A DNA stretch of 64,000 bases from Elusimicrobiota bacterium (GTDB lineage: Bacteria > Elusimicrobiota > Elusimicrobia > UBA1565 > UBA9628), in NCBI GenBank assembly GCA_016182905.1, contig JACPFR010000005.1, positions 12,185 through 76,184 on the forward strand. The letters are read 5' to 3'. The number at the start of each line of letters is the position of its first letter. The stretch's first letter is position 1. Below the pieces are notes generated by a model, which did not search any database, was not told the DNA's origin, and worked only from the letters and a program-made list of their open reading frames with translations. Below are positions 58,201-64,000 of the stretch, one piece after another. Made by a program: the position numbers and the translations under genes.

Positions 58201-61200
58201 GGCGGCCGAGATCGTCTGGGACCGCGCCCCGCCCTCGATCGTGATCGCGGGCGTGCAGAACGGCGTCCTCTACAACCTGGACGTGGCCCCGGTGTTTACC
58301 GCGACGGGCTCGGCCACGGCCGTCACATTGAGCGCGACCCTGAACGCGGCGCCGTTCGTCTCCGGCTCCACCGTGAGCGCAGAGGGGGACCATACTCTGA
58401 CGGTGAACGCCGTCAACCAGTCCGCCGCCGGCTCGACGACGACGGTCCACTTCACGATCGACAAGACCTTCCCGGCCGTCTCGATCACGGGCATCCCGTC
58501 GGGGACCTCGGTCTCGCCGGTCCTGCCTCAGGTCACGGTGACCGACCTGCACCTGGGCGCGGTGACCTTGACCCTCGACGGCGGCTCGTATCCGCAGGGA
58601 ACGCCCATCAGCGCCAACGGCGCCCACGTGTTCACGGTGACCGCCGCGGACCTGGCCGGGAACGTCTCCGTCTCGAGCAAGACCTTCACTTTGAACCTCC
58701 CTCCGTCCGCGCCGGCCAACTTCACGCTCACGGGCGCGGAAGGCGCGGGCGCGGCCTTCACCTGGGAGAGCCCCGCCTCTGGCCTCGCCGGCTACCGCTT
58801 CTACAAGGACGGAGTGCTGCAGTCCCAGGGCCTGCTGAGCGGGCTGCAGTTCCAAGACGCCGCCTTCGCTCTGGGAACCGCCCACGTCTACGAGGTCCTG
58901 GCGGTGGACGCCTCGGGCCAGGACGGCGCCCGCGCCCGGATCAGCGTGCCCGCCGTCGACTTCACGCTCGACTCCTACGGCGTCAACTTGAACGGCGTCC
59001 AGGCGCTGACGCGCGGCTTCTTCGACACGGTGCGCTTCCGGGTTAGTAACACCGGCGCGCAAAGCGCGCCGGTGGGGCCGGCGGCCATCGAACTCGTCTC
59101 GGCGGGAGCGACGGTATTCAGCGGACAGGCGCCGTCGGTTTCCGTGCCCGCGGGGGGAGCCGTCTTGATGCCCGCGGTCGTGGCCGTGACGCCGGACATC
59201 GCGGACGCGCCGACTTTGCGCGCGACGCTGACTTTGCCCGTCGGTCTCGGCAGCCGGGCGACGGTGAAGAAGACCTTCCCGCTCGCCGCCCGCACGCCGC
59301 TGGGCTCGCCGGTCGAGCTCTTCGCGGGCCCCATGATCTTCGGCGCCAACGCCGCGGTGCAGGTCAAGTTCAACAACAAGGGCTCGGCGCCCATGGAGGT
59401 CCGCACGGCCATCAACAGCGACGTGTCGGTCTCGCTCGCGACGCCGCAGGGCACGGTGCTCTCGCAGGCGACGTTGTCCCAGACGGGCAACGGCGCGCAG
59501 GCGGGTCCCACCGGCTATTTCGTGTCGATCGCGCCCGGCGCGAGCTTCCTCTTCGACGGGGTTCAAGTTTTCGTGCCCGAGGCGCTGGGAAGCGGCGCGG
59601 TGCTGGCGGCTTCGATCAGCCGGACCTTCAACGGCTTGATCGGAGACACGATAGACGGCACGCGCGCCTTCGACGCCTCTCAGACGATCACTGGCGTCGC
59701 GGCGCCCGCCTACTCCGCCACGATCTCGCCGGACCGGCCGGTGTACGACCAGGGCCCGACCGTGATCCTCTCAGGCGAAGCCCGGGACACGGCCGACGCG
59801 CTCGTGCCCGGCGCGACCGTCCAGGTCGGCGTCTCGGTGCAGGGCTTCGTTCGCAGCCTCAGCGCGAAGACCGACGAGACCGGGCATTATTCCATCCCGT
59901 TCAACCCGGCCCCGACCGAGGCCGGCACCTACACGCTATGGGCCTCGAACCCGGCTGTGGTGAGCCGCGTTCCCCAGTCGAGCTTCACCATCGCCGGCTT
60001 CTCGTTCCAGTACACAAGCTTCAACGCCGCCGTGGTCCGCAACTCGACCTTGCCGTTCACCGTCTCGCTGCTCAACACCGGACAAACCGCCTTGACCGAT
60101 CTGACGGCGCTGGTCATCTCCACCTCGGGCGTCGCCGGGGTCGGCCTGACGCTGAACCCGGCGAGCGTTCCTTCTTCCTTGGCGGGCGGGCAGAGCGCGG
60201 CGCTCTCCTTCTCCGCCTCCGCGACGGCGGACGCGCCGCTGGGACCGGTGTCGTTCACCGTGGAGGCCCGGGAGTCCAACGGCTTCGTGCGCCGGATGCC
60301 GGTGACCTTGAACGTCTCGGCCGGCGCGCCCGGCCCTTCCGCCGACCCCCAGGCCTTCACCATCGGCATGAACGCCGGCCAGACCCGCGTCCAGACGGTC
60401 GTGCTCAAGAACCTGGGCACCTCGGCGTGGACCGGGGTCTCCGTCAGTTCCTCGGCCCTGAGTTGGGTGGCGGTCCAGGGCAACAACACTCCCAGCGCCG
60501 CGTACACTTTGGGCGACGTTCCCGCCGGCGGCCAGGTCCAGTTCAACCTCGTCGTGGCGCCGCCCCTGGGTCTTGCCAGCCAGGCCTTGGCGCTCAATCC
60601 TCTGGTCACGGTGAACTCGACCAATGCCCCGGCCCTTCCTGTCAACGCGCTCATCACCATCACGGCCGGCACCGACGGCGGGATCATCTACAACGTCATC
60701 AACGCGGACAAGCCCCGCAACCAGTTCGGCAGCGGCGTCCCCGTTCCGGGCGCTCAGGTCCAGCTCGTCAGCCTGGACATCGCGGGCCTGAGCTTCAGTG
60801 CGGTCGTCGATGCAAACAGCGTCGCTCGCTTCAACAGCGTCCCCGCGGGCCGCTACAACTTGACGGCCAAGGCCGCGGGCTTCAGCGACTTCCTCGGCAC
60901 CGAGACCATCCAGCCGGGCGTCACCAACACCCGCGAGGTCCTGCTCCTGACCGAGATGGTCAGCTACGTCTGGTCCGTCACGCCGACCACGATCATCGAC
61001 CAGTACACGATGAAGCTCTCCATGACCTTCAAGACCGACGTCCCGGCGCCGGCGGTCATCATCTCGCCCGCCGTATTCAACTTCAATTTGGAGTCGGAAG
61101 GCAGCGTCGACGCGCAGTTGACCGTGAGCAATCAGGGCCTCATCTCGGCGTTCGACGTCGCGCTCCTGCCCAAGATCGACCATCCGCATCTCACGATCGA

Positions 61201-62953
61201 CATGCCTTACTCGACGATCGCCGAGCTCAAAGCGGGGCAGACGATCACCGTTCCGATTCGCGTCACGCTTCACTCAGATCCGTTGGTCTGTTACAAAGGC
61301 AAAATCGTCGGCTCCGGCACGTATCTCGCAGCCTGCGGCACCGCCGTGAATGCTGTATGGCCAGGACCTGAGTTCAACGCGAACTGCGGCGTTACTCCGA
61401 GCCTTATCGTGCCCGAGACGACCACGGGCCCCGCTCTTCCGATCCCCGATATCGCCGGCGTCCTTCCCGCCGCCCCGCTCGTCACCGCGGCGGTCGTGAA
61501 CGTGATCGCCGCCGCCGCTCCGGCCGTCACCGGCTGCTCCTGCTCGATGAAGATCACGGGCGACGATAGGCTGCCGCTCGGAACCGGCACGAAGACCTAT
61601 ACCGCGACGCTCAATGCCGACGCCAGCTGTCCGTCCTGCTCCCGCCCGTGCGCTCTCGGCACCGAGTGGATTGCGTCGGGCGTGGAGATCGTGAGCAAGA
61701 GCGGCTGCGTCGTCGAGGTGCGGCCCACGAGCGCAAGCGGTGGAACGCTGAACGTCACGAACGGAGCTCCGAACTTCTGCAAGTCGGACATGAAGAAGAT
61801 ATCGGTCTGCGAGCCGATCATCACGCGAAGCTCAGAGCTTACCGGCATCAGTGGGGGACCGATTACGCTGACCGCTGCACTTCCATCGGGGTGCCAGTCG
61901 CAGAGCATTTCATGGTCTCCGGCTTCTTCTCCTCAGGGAACGCTCGACCCGACGACCGGACCTTCAACTACCTTTACACCGTCGTCGACTTCCGGCGAAC
62001 TAGTGATTACTGCACACGATACCACTGCAGGTTCGACTCTGGCGACCAGCACTACGGTTTTAGTCGCGCAATTAGTCATTGTGCATCCTACTGGTGATCC
62101 CAGGGTTCCCTCACAACGATCAACCACAAACCAATTCGTATTTACTGGCGCAAACGGTATTGTCCCTATCCGAGTCGAAGCTGATATCCAGCCAGCAAGT
62201 GCACGTGCAATTGTGGATGGAACCCAGATAAAGTGGCATTTGAACAGAATTCCATCGGGGCCGGCGCTCTCGTGGAACAATGCGTGGCCCGCGGAACCTA
62301 CTGCGGGCATGACTTACAATGCAGTTGCGACTCTCACCGGTTATCCAACCAATAATTCAGATTTCGGAAACTTCGGGATGATTGCCCAGGTCTTAAGCGG
62401 AGGTGCCGTTAGCTCGCAGTCGACTCCAATACAATTGTTCTTTGATGCTCTAACTGTTGCGGCTGGGCGAACTGTTCCGAATTGGTTTGTTTACTGGACC
62501 AACGCACTCGGATTTACAGGACAGTTTTCATTTGACCCGAGCCTGGCAACCAACGATACGACCGTAACATCCGCAACCACCTGGACGATAAGAATTGCAC
62601 CAAGCGCTTATTGGCCGGACGTAGCGGGCAACCCTCCGACCGGACATAGATACATAGATGGCTTCAGAGCCAGCATCTATCATGAATTCTGGCATCGCGA
62701 CCACCGTGTGCATAACTTTACGGTTCACGGCGCTTGGACTCCGCCCATCACCGAGGATATTGATGGCGATGGCATTTGTGATCGCGAACCGACTGATCCG
62801 CCAGGTCATAACGGGGGCTACGAAGCGATGATTGGAAGTAACCCGAACTCCGCCGACAGCACCGAGGTCGGTGCTGATTGGGCAGAGGCGCATGGAACGT
62901 ACGGAAACGAGGGACTCGACTGGGCGCATCCGGGTAGTCAATGGGAGCCATGA
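49205..62953 (+). CDS. Giant secreted surface protein (~4,583 aa): five ~350-aa Gly-rich tandem repeats, then FN3, Ig-like, CARDB-like and CarboxypepD_reg-like domains, and a Cys-rich C-terminus with HExxH
   Basis: ATG at 49205 (the ORF-track TTG at 49184 is less likely). N-terminus with RRLF plus a hydrophobic stretch. Continuous ORF of 13.7 kb. Domain calls from recurring ...YRA...Y.Y.V.A.D..GN.S FN3 motifs and the ARFNSVPAGRYNL motif. Confidence 0.8.
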   Translation: MASTDEPSSPPSNLLRPRRLFAAAAVSAALSLSALALDAEAATVSWTGASDGNWFNAANWSPAQVPTSADDAVIDLNATVSASGGTSIAFATLTLGDAAGNFAPTLRLSAAQSTSGSVTIHRGARLQQDTNQQIVFGALDVKPGGLLTHTANTSARSFLLNLSVTGNFDLQAGATIAANGQGYAPGVGTQNGFGPGAGVYGGDGSGAGHGGAGGRGSSGALGGGAYDNTTNPTELGSGGGGSYSTTGGAGGGAALITVGGAFSLNGLVNANGNDGVRSPQDYGSGGGAGGTVNIMAASFSGMGSVLANGGTGGAGGNSRGGGGGGGRVSIAVTGSDSSNLNLQANAGGNGGSGAANGGAGVIALKGPGASIYSLTIGGASLAAQSATPITGPAPTFASVTINNAVVTFDAGSTASIDVLATTNTVSMTAATLSVNGLVVTSTMSLTVGTLALNGGTLEVAKGSSLKLTAQSSSGGDLVVDGGGAFVQMNTAALNFTAVTVLPGGLITQAANTNTRAAVLNLNVSGNFDLQPGATVSVNGLGYAGGTANGSGYGPGAGIYGGDGSGAGHGGAGGRGSSGAGGGAAYDNVTSPTDLGSGGGSSYNSMAGGAGGGAALITVGGAFSLNGVISAGGNDGVRSPNDYGSGGGAGGTVNITAATFNGTGSILANGGAGGAGGNQRGGGGGGGRISIVVTGADNSNLNLQANGGTGGGSGAASGGAGVIALKTSGGANYNLSIGDLNSAAQTGTAVAGSTLAFSTVTLNNSIVSFDAGSTVNINNLIVAGAVNLTAATLAFNGGTLEVKSGGTLRLSAQATSGGNLIVDGGGVFQQMNAVPLNFVSINVLPGGSLTHAANNAFRSAVLNLNVAGDFNLQAGATIAANSQGYAGGTSNGSGYGPGAGIYGGDGSGGGHGGAGGRGSSGAGGGAAYDNTTSPTDLGSGGGSSYNGAVGGAGGGAVLIMVGGTFSLNGVINANGNDGVHSPYDYGSGGGAGGTVNITAATFNGTGSILANGGVGGAGGNQRGGGGGGGRVSIVVTGADGSNLNLQANGGTSGGSGAANGGAGVIALKTTGGVNYSLSIGDLTSVPQTGSGVGGAAPVFSTVTLNNSIVNFDPGSNVTINSLVVVGGAVLSGHNLSFGSAVPIQVRSGSLKVTANQLTVPTGSPIEVQGGGSMAFAVAGNSGGALIVRNGGSFQQLNAQVLSFDSVLVERGGMLTHAPNSTTRSSVLNLAVSGAFDLQAGATIALNGLGYAGGTANGSGYGPGAGIYGGDGSGAGHGGAGGRGSSGAGGGAAYDNVTNPMDLGSGGGSSYNSMAGGAGGGAAMITVGGAFSLNGVINAGGNDGVRSPYDYGSGGGAGGTVNITAATFNGTGSILANGGAGGAGGNQRGGGGAGGRIAIAVTGADGSTLTLQANSAVGGGSGAANGGAGVIARKAPSASSYNLTIGDPSVTPQSATPLAGASPTFANLTINNGVVTFDAGSTATVTALVVKGTASVTAATLAPGTLEVASGAVLKLMALATSGGLQVDGGGTFVQMNTATLGFASVSALPGSVLTHNINSNTRAAILNMNVVGDFDLQAGAAIALNGLGYAGGTANGSGFGPGAGIYGGDGSGAGHGGAGGRGSSGAGGGAAYDNATSPTDLGSGGGSSYNSMAGGAGGGAALITVGGALSLNGTINANGVNGARSPNDYGSGGGAGGTVNLTAAAFNGSGTISATGGSGGPGGNQRGGGGGGGRVALAGCNANKVTSGVSGGGAGGSSAVGGSTGTVNPTIPAGCPSAPPAPVNLAVSSAGEDASGSTFITATWDPAPSALSYTLQASTAADFSGIVHAATSAATTATILGVTPNATYFLQVAAYNIVGFSAFSSAVTTRTPADLTSPQPPSLVSASGGPGGRISLSWQAAAAGEQTTSFNLYRATEAYTSTTGLTSIQLHAAATFYTDVPPTDGTYFYAVAGLDPSFNESGISNMLSAQSLHAGPAAPSLAAVFSAAQKHIALSWTASTGTVVGYNVYRATFSASSVAGRAPLLSGTTATAFVDAPSIASDSTYYYLVTAVDPVGNEGAPSNQSAVAFDVHSPAITITGVSNGQYASANLTPAVTIADFSPYVATVSLNGQPFAGGVTLTLPGTYFLSVAASDVFANASSATASFTIDKATPTFVLLSPQNGLITNQNVPVSYQVSDDLTPAAQIVVKDELGIVVPSSYTITIEGARNLTLTARDLAGNAASASSVFILDKTPPVVVSDLRVTAKNPAAGQATLAWTSPHDALSGVAGYIVKAAGYPIDAANFDAAPTVAVSTTPRAEGAAEQFVVTVPTISTVYFVMRSSDEAGNLSAISNIAFWDLNGPVLSGLNPAPGGVVSRPANVTVQAGDLTGVAWAAFAVDGVVLSTITTAPYSFLWNTLAYADGTHSVAFNALDVLGNASSLSAAYTLAYQPPPTPVVTAPSANFTTFTATVTVAGTAEPGTTVQVLIDGFILASALTSSTGSFQTVVTLPAQGSPLMTVLASDFKGAGTPISPIVINYNLTPPGVPGNFSAASLPAGRVRLAWDAPAGKVPSFYRIYRSSDAAAFSPGVVPAAALLIKDSLNARTYDDLPAQDGVYHYAVTALDASLNQSGASDSSSAVSDRAVPTAALTFLDGVPPFGPGAKRLQLSLSKVLASPPLLLFRPFTQTPLSLALSASSPTVWLGTLTVTSAMNSGVGAFSFQGSDFVGNVGTSLTAGATALLDLAGPSGSIALVPASPVKAGTVALSLNLTEPVPVAPQLAYVTASGSTVPVTLSGAGTAWTGTLTIVPGSDGPASFAFSATDALGNVGASLTAGGSFVILTEAPGAPLFLRAIPQKAGAVRVTWSAPVGGTPASYNVYRDSVRISSGVAPLSDGSGLFVDNPADGPYVYAASAVDAAGNESPLSTAVSATAKSSSPAAPTASTATFSSFGHIEVSWEAGSADSTLYRIHRTSAAGGSFASASFSALASTPPFVDTPPQNARYFYYITALDSAGNESSPSQAAEIVWDRAPPSIVIAGVQNGVLYNLDVAPVFTATGSATAVTLSATLNAAPFVSGSTVSAEGDHTLTVNAVNQSAAGSTTTVHFTIDKTFPAVSITGIPSGTSVSPVLPQVTVTDLHLGAVTLTLDGGSYPQGTPISANGAHVFTVTAADLAGNVSVSSKTFTLNLPPSAPANFTLTGAEGAGAAFTWESPASGLAGYRFYKDGVLQSQGLLSGLQFQDAAFALGTAHVYEVLAVDASGQDGARARISVPAVDFTLDSYGVNLNGVQALTRGFFDTVRFRVSNTGAQSAPVGPAAIELVSAGATVFSGQAPSVSVPAGGAVLMPAVVAVTPDIADAPTLRATLTLPVGLGSRATVKKTFPLAARTPLGSPVELFAGPMIFGANAAVQVKFNNKGSAPMEVRTAINSDVSVSLATPQGTVLSQATLSQTGNGAQAGPTGYFVSIAPGASFLFDGVQVFVPEALGSGAVLAASISRTFNGLIGDTIDGTRAFDASQTITGVAAPAYSATISPDRPVYDQGPTVILSGEARDTADALVPGATVQVGVSVQGFVRSLSAKTDETGHYSIPFNPAPTEAGTYTLWASNPAVVSRVPQSSFTIAGFSFQYTSFNAAVVRNSTLPFTVSLLNTGQTALTDLTALVISTSGVAGVGLTLNPASVPSSLAGGQSAALSFSASATADAPLGPVSFTVEARESNGFVRRMPVTLNVSAGAPGPSADPQAFTIGMNAGQTRVQTVVLKNLGTSAWTGVSVSSSALSWVAVQGNNTPSAAYTLGDVPAGGQVQFNLVVAPPLGLASQALALNPLVTVNSTNAPALPVNALITITAGTDGGIIYNVINADKPRNQFGSGVPVPGAQVQLVSLDIAGLSFSAVVDANSVARFNSVPAGRYNLTAKAAGFSDFLGTETIQPGVTNTREVLLLTEMVSYVWSVTPTTIIDQYTMKLSMTFKTDVPAPAVIISPAVFNFNLESEGSVDAQLTVSNQGLISAFDVALLPKIDHPHLTIDMPYSTIAELKAGQTITVPIRVTLHSDPLVCYKGKIVGSGTYLAACGTAVNAVWPGPEFNANCGVTPSLIVPETTTGPALPIPDIAGVLPAAPLVTAAVVNVIAAAAPAVTGCSCSMKITGDDRLPLGTGTKTYTATLNADASCPSCSRPCALGTEWIASGVEIVSKSGCVVEVRPTSASGGTLNVTNGAPNFCKSDMKKISVCEPIITRSSELTGISGGPITLTAALPSGCQSQSISWSPASSPQGTLDPTTGPSTTFTPSSTSGELVITAHDTTAGSTLATSTTVLVAQLVIVHPTGDPRVPSQRSTTNQFVFTGANGIVPIRVEADIQPASARAIVDGTQIKWHLNRIPSGPALSWNNAWPAEPTAGMTYNAVATLTGYPTNNSDFGNFGMIAQVLSGGAVSSQSTPIQLFFDALTVAAGRTVPNWFVYWTNALGFTGQFSFDPSLATNDTTVTSATTWTIRIAPSAYWPDVAGNPPTGHRYIDGFRASIYHEFWHRDHRVHNFTVHGAWTPPITEDIDGDGICDREPTDPPGHNGGYEAMIGSNPNSADSTEVGADWAEAHGTYGNEGLDWAHPGSQWEP
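49560..54420 (+). repeat. Five tandem direct repeats (~1,020-1,080 bp each) inside the giant gene
   Basis: Recurring DNA/protein blocks NLNVSGNFDLQ.GAT...NG.GYAGGTANGSGYGPGAGIYGGDGSGAGHGGAGGRGSSGAGGGAAYDN.T.PTDLGSGGGSSYN... starting near 49.68, 50.76, 51.79, 52.87 and 53.89 kb. Confidence 0.8.
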
Positions 62954-62954
62954 A

Positions 62955-63896
62955 ATGAATTCACGCCTTAGCTGTTTCATATTCTTAGGCCTTGCAATCG
63001 GCCACATGCCGGCAGCAGCCGAAGGGAAGCTCGATCATGAATCGTCTTTGATGTCCCATGCCCGAAAGATTCAAAATTTTGAAACCGCGCTGAAGACCGG
63101 CGCAGGCTGTTCCGCCGCATTGCGAATTGTCCTCAAGGACACCGACCCTTACTCCCGTCGAGTTGCAGTCGAGCGTTGTGGGGATCAGCTTGATGCTCGC
63201 GACGAGGACCTGCTAAAGAAGGACGGCTCTTGGATATTGCAGGACGCTCTGCGATCTCGTCGTGTTAAATCGCAACTCGCCAAGCTGCCGCCAGAAGCGC
63301 GTTGGAAATATTTTCAGCGAATTACTCGAGTGGCTCCGCAAAGAATCCCCGATACGGCCGAGATGTTCATAAATCAAGGCTGGGCTAAATCCATCGACGA
63401 TGTGCATCTGCGGATACCGGAAGCGACGAACAAAACCGAGAGACTTCGCGACAAAGCACGTGCCGCGTCGAAACTCAAGGCGCTATCATCTTCGGCTGAA
63501 ATCGCCGAAGCACTACGTATGCTCGGTGATCCAGAATCTCCTGCGGCTGCGGAGGAAGCCTTGCGCAGCCTTGTCACGCTTGGAGGACCTGCGCTTCAAG
63601 CCGCCCTCTCGGGACTAAAAGCCGCAACCCCCCGGCCCGAACCTCCTCCCTGGACTCCCGAGCATACAGCCTTTCAGCGCCGCATGAAGCTAATTATGGC
63701 TTTGCCTGACGTCCGCTCAGTTCCAGTGCTTGAAGAAATTCAGTCTTCCGGATCTGCGTTCGTGCGCCGCGAAACGTCGCGAGCTTTGAAATGGGTTCGA
63801 TCTGGGACCAGGTATCCGGTTGACCACGAGTCCATCTTGCTTCTCTCTGAGGATGATAGATCACCGTTATTGCCGGAGGCTGATGAACCCCCGTAG
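62955..63896 (+). CDS. Secreted hypothetical protein (low-GC), candidate partner of the giant protein C-terminal module
   Basis: ATG 2 nt after the giant-gene stop. Signal peptide MNSRLSCFIFLGLAIGHMPAAA. ~47% GC versus ~69% for the window. Confidence 0.55.
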   Translation: MNSRLSCFIFLGLAIGHMPAAAEGKLDHESSLMSHARKIQNFETALKTGAGCSAALRIVLKDTDPYSRRVAVERCGDQLDARDEDLLKKDGSWILQDALRSRRVKSQLAKLPPEARWKYFQRITRVAPQRIPDTAEMFINQGWAKSIDDVHLRIPEATNKTERLRDKARAASKLKALSSSAEIAEALRMLGDPESPAAAEEALRSLVTLGGPALQAALSGLKAATPRPEPPPWTPEHTAFQRRMKLIMALPDVRSVPVLEEIQSSGSAFVRRETSRALKWVRSGTRYPVDHESILLLSEDDRSPLLPEADEPP

Positions 63897-64000
63897 GCTA
63901 ATGAGCGCGTCTCTCACAACTCCGTCGCCTGCCGTCAGGCTAGCGACAATGGGAACGGTGCTGTTCACCCTCCTTTGTGTCGGCATTGCCACAGCGGCCG

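Noticed and set aside
49211-61273. Many long minus-strand ORFs (49211..50356, 50591..52141, 52649..54046, 54860..56416, 57494..59566, 59936..61273) inside the giant gene
   Set aside because: Antisense frames of a 70% GC repeat-rich gene. Translations are Arg/Ala/Gly low-complexity with no start context. They are stop-free by composition only.
1-64000. CRISPR arrays, integrases/transposases, rRNA
   Set aside because: No short regularly spaced repeats, no recognisable integrase/transposase motifs, and no rRNA-like sequence found on reading both strands. The only RNA gene seen is tRNA-Tyr.

Overview
High-GC (~68-70%) bacterial chromosomal segment with dense gene packing, many 4-bp ATGA start/stop overlaps and GGAGG-type RBSs. 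No integrase, transposase or CRISPR array was seen. The window is dominated by metal/metalloid homeostasis genes.

- **Metal-related genes:** a ChrB-like protein, four carboxymuconolactone-decarboxylase (CMD/AhpD-like) paralogs, and two Hg-type MerR regulons (merR-merT::HMA-CopZ-NT-like-HMA, and merR-merC-like::Trx-Trx), neither with merA.
- **Arsenic cluster:** an ArsM-ArsS arsenosugar-type cluster with the rSAM-associated transferases 1/2, a HEAT protein, an alpha/beta hydrolase, a PiT transporter and a GT87-like membrane protein.
- **RiPP operon:** immediately downstream on the same strand is a bufferin-type operon, with a DUF2282 Cys-rich secreted precursor, a DUF692/MNIO enzyme and a DUF2063 partner, followed by a CMD protein and a 55-aa 4xCxxC mini-protein.
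- **Flanks of that block:** the ~10.5 kb arsenic/bufferin segment is bracketed by two closely related, inversely oriented HD-GYP-zinc-ribbon genes.
- **Sigma modules:** two paralogous ECF sigma modules occur ~9 kb apart. One has a separate RsrA-like ZAS anti-sigma plus DUF3179. The other is, as sequenced, fused in frame to a TM segment, an NHL beta-propeller and an HMA domain.
- **Core genes:** etfBA, corA, a tRNA-Tyr, a patatin/Omp85 pair, and a TVP38 / FAD-disulfide-oxidoreductase pair.
- **Last 15 kb:** an orphan REC-REC-wHTH regulator, then a 4,583-aa secreted giant protein with five ~1.05-kb tandem Gly-rich repeats, FN3/Ig-like/CARDB-like/CarbopepD_reg-like domains and a low-GC (~47-50%) C-terminal module carrying an HExxH motif. 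A low-GC downstream secreted protein follows, an arrangement resembling polymorphic toxin/immunity modules.

Most long reverse-strand ORFs inside the repeats are antisense artefacts of the GC-rich sequence.
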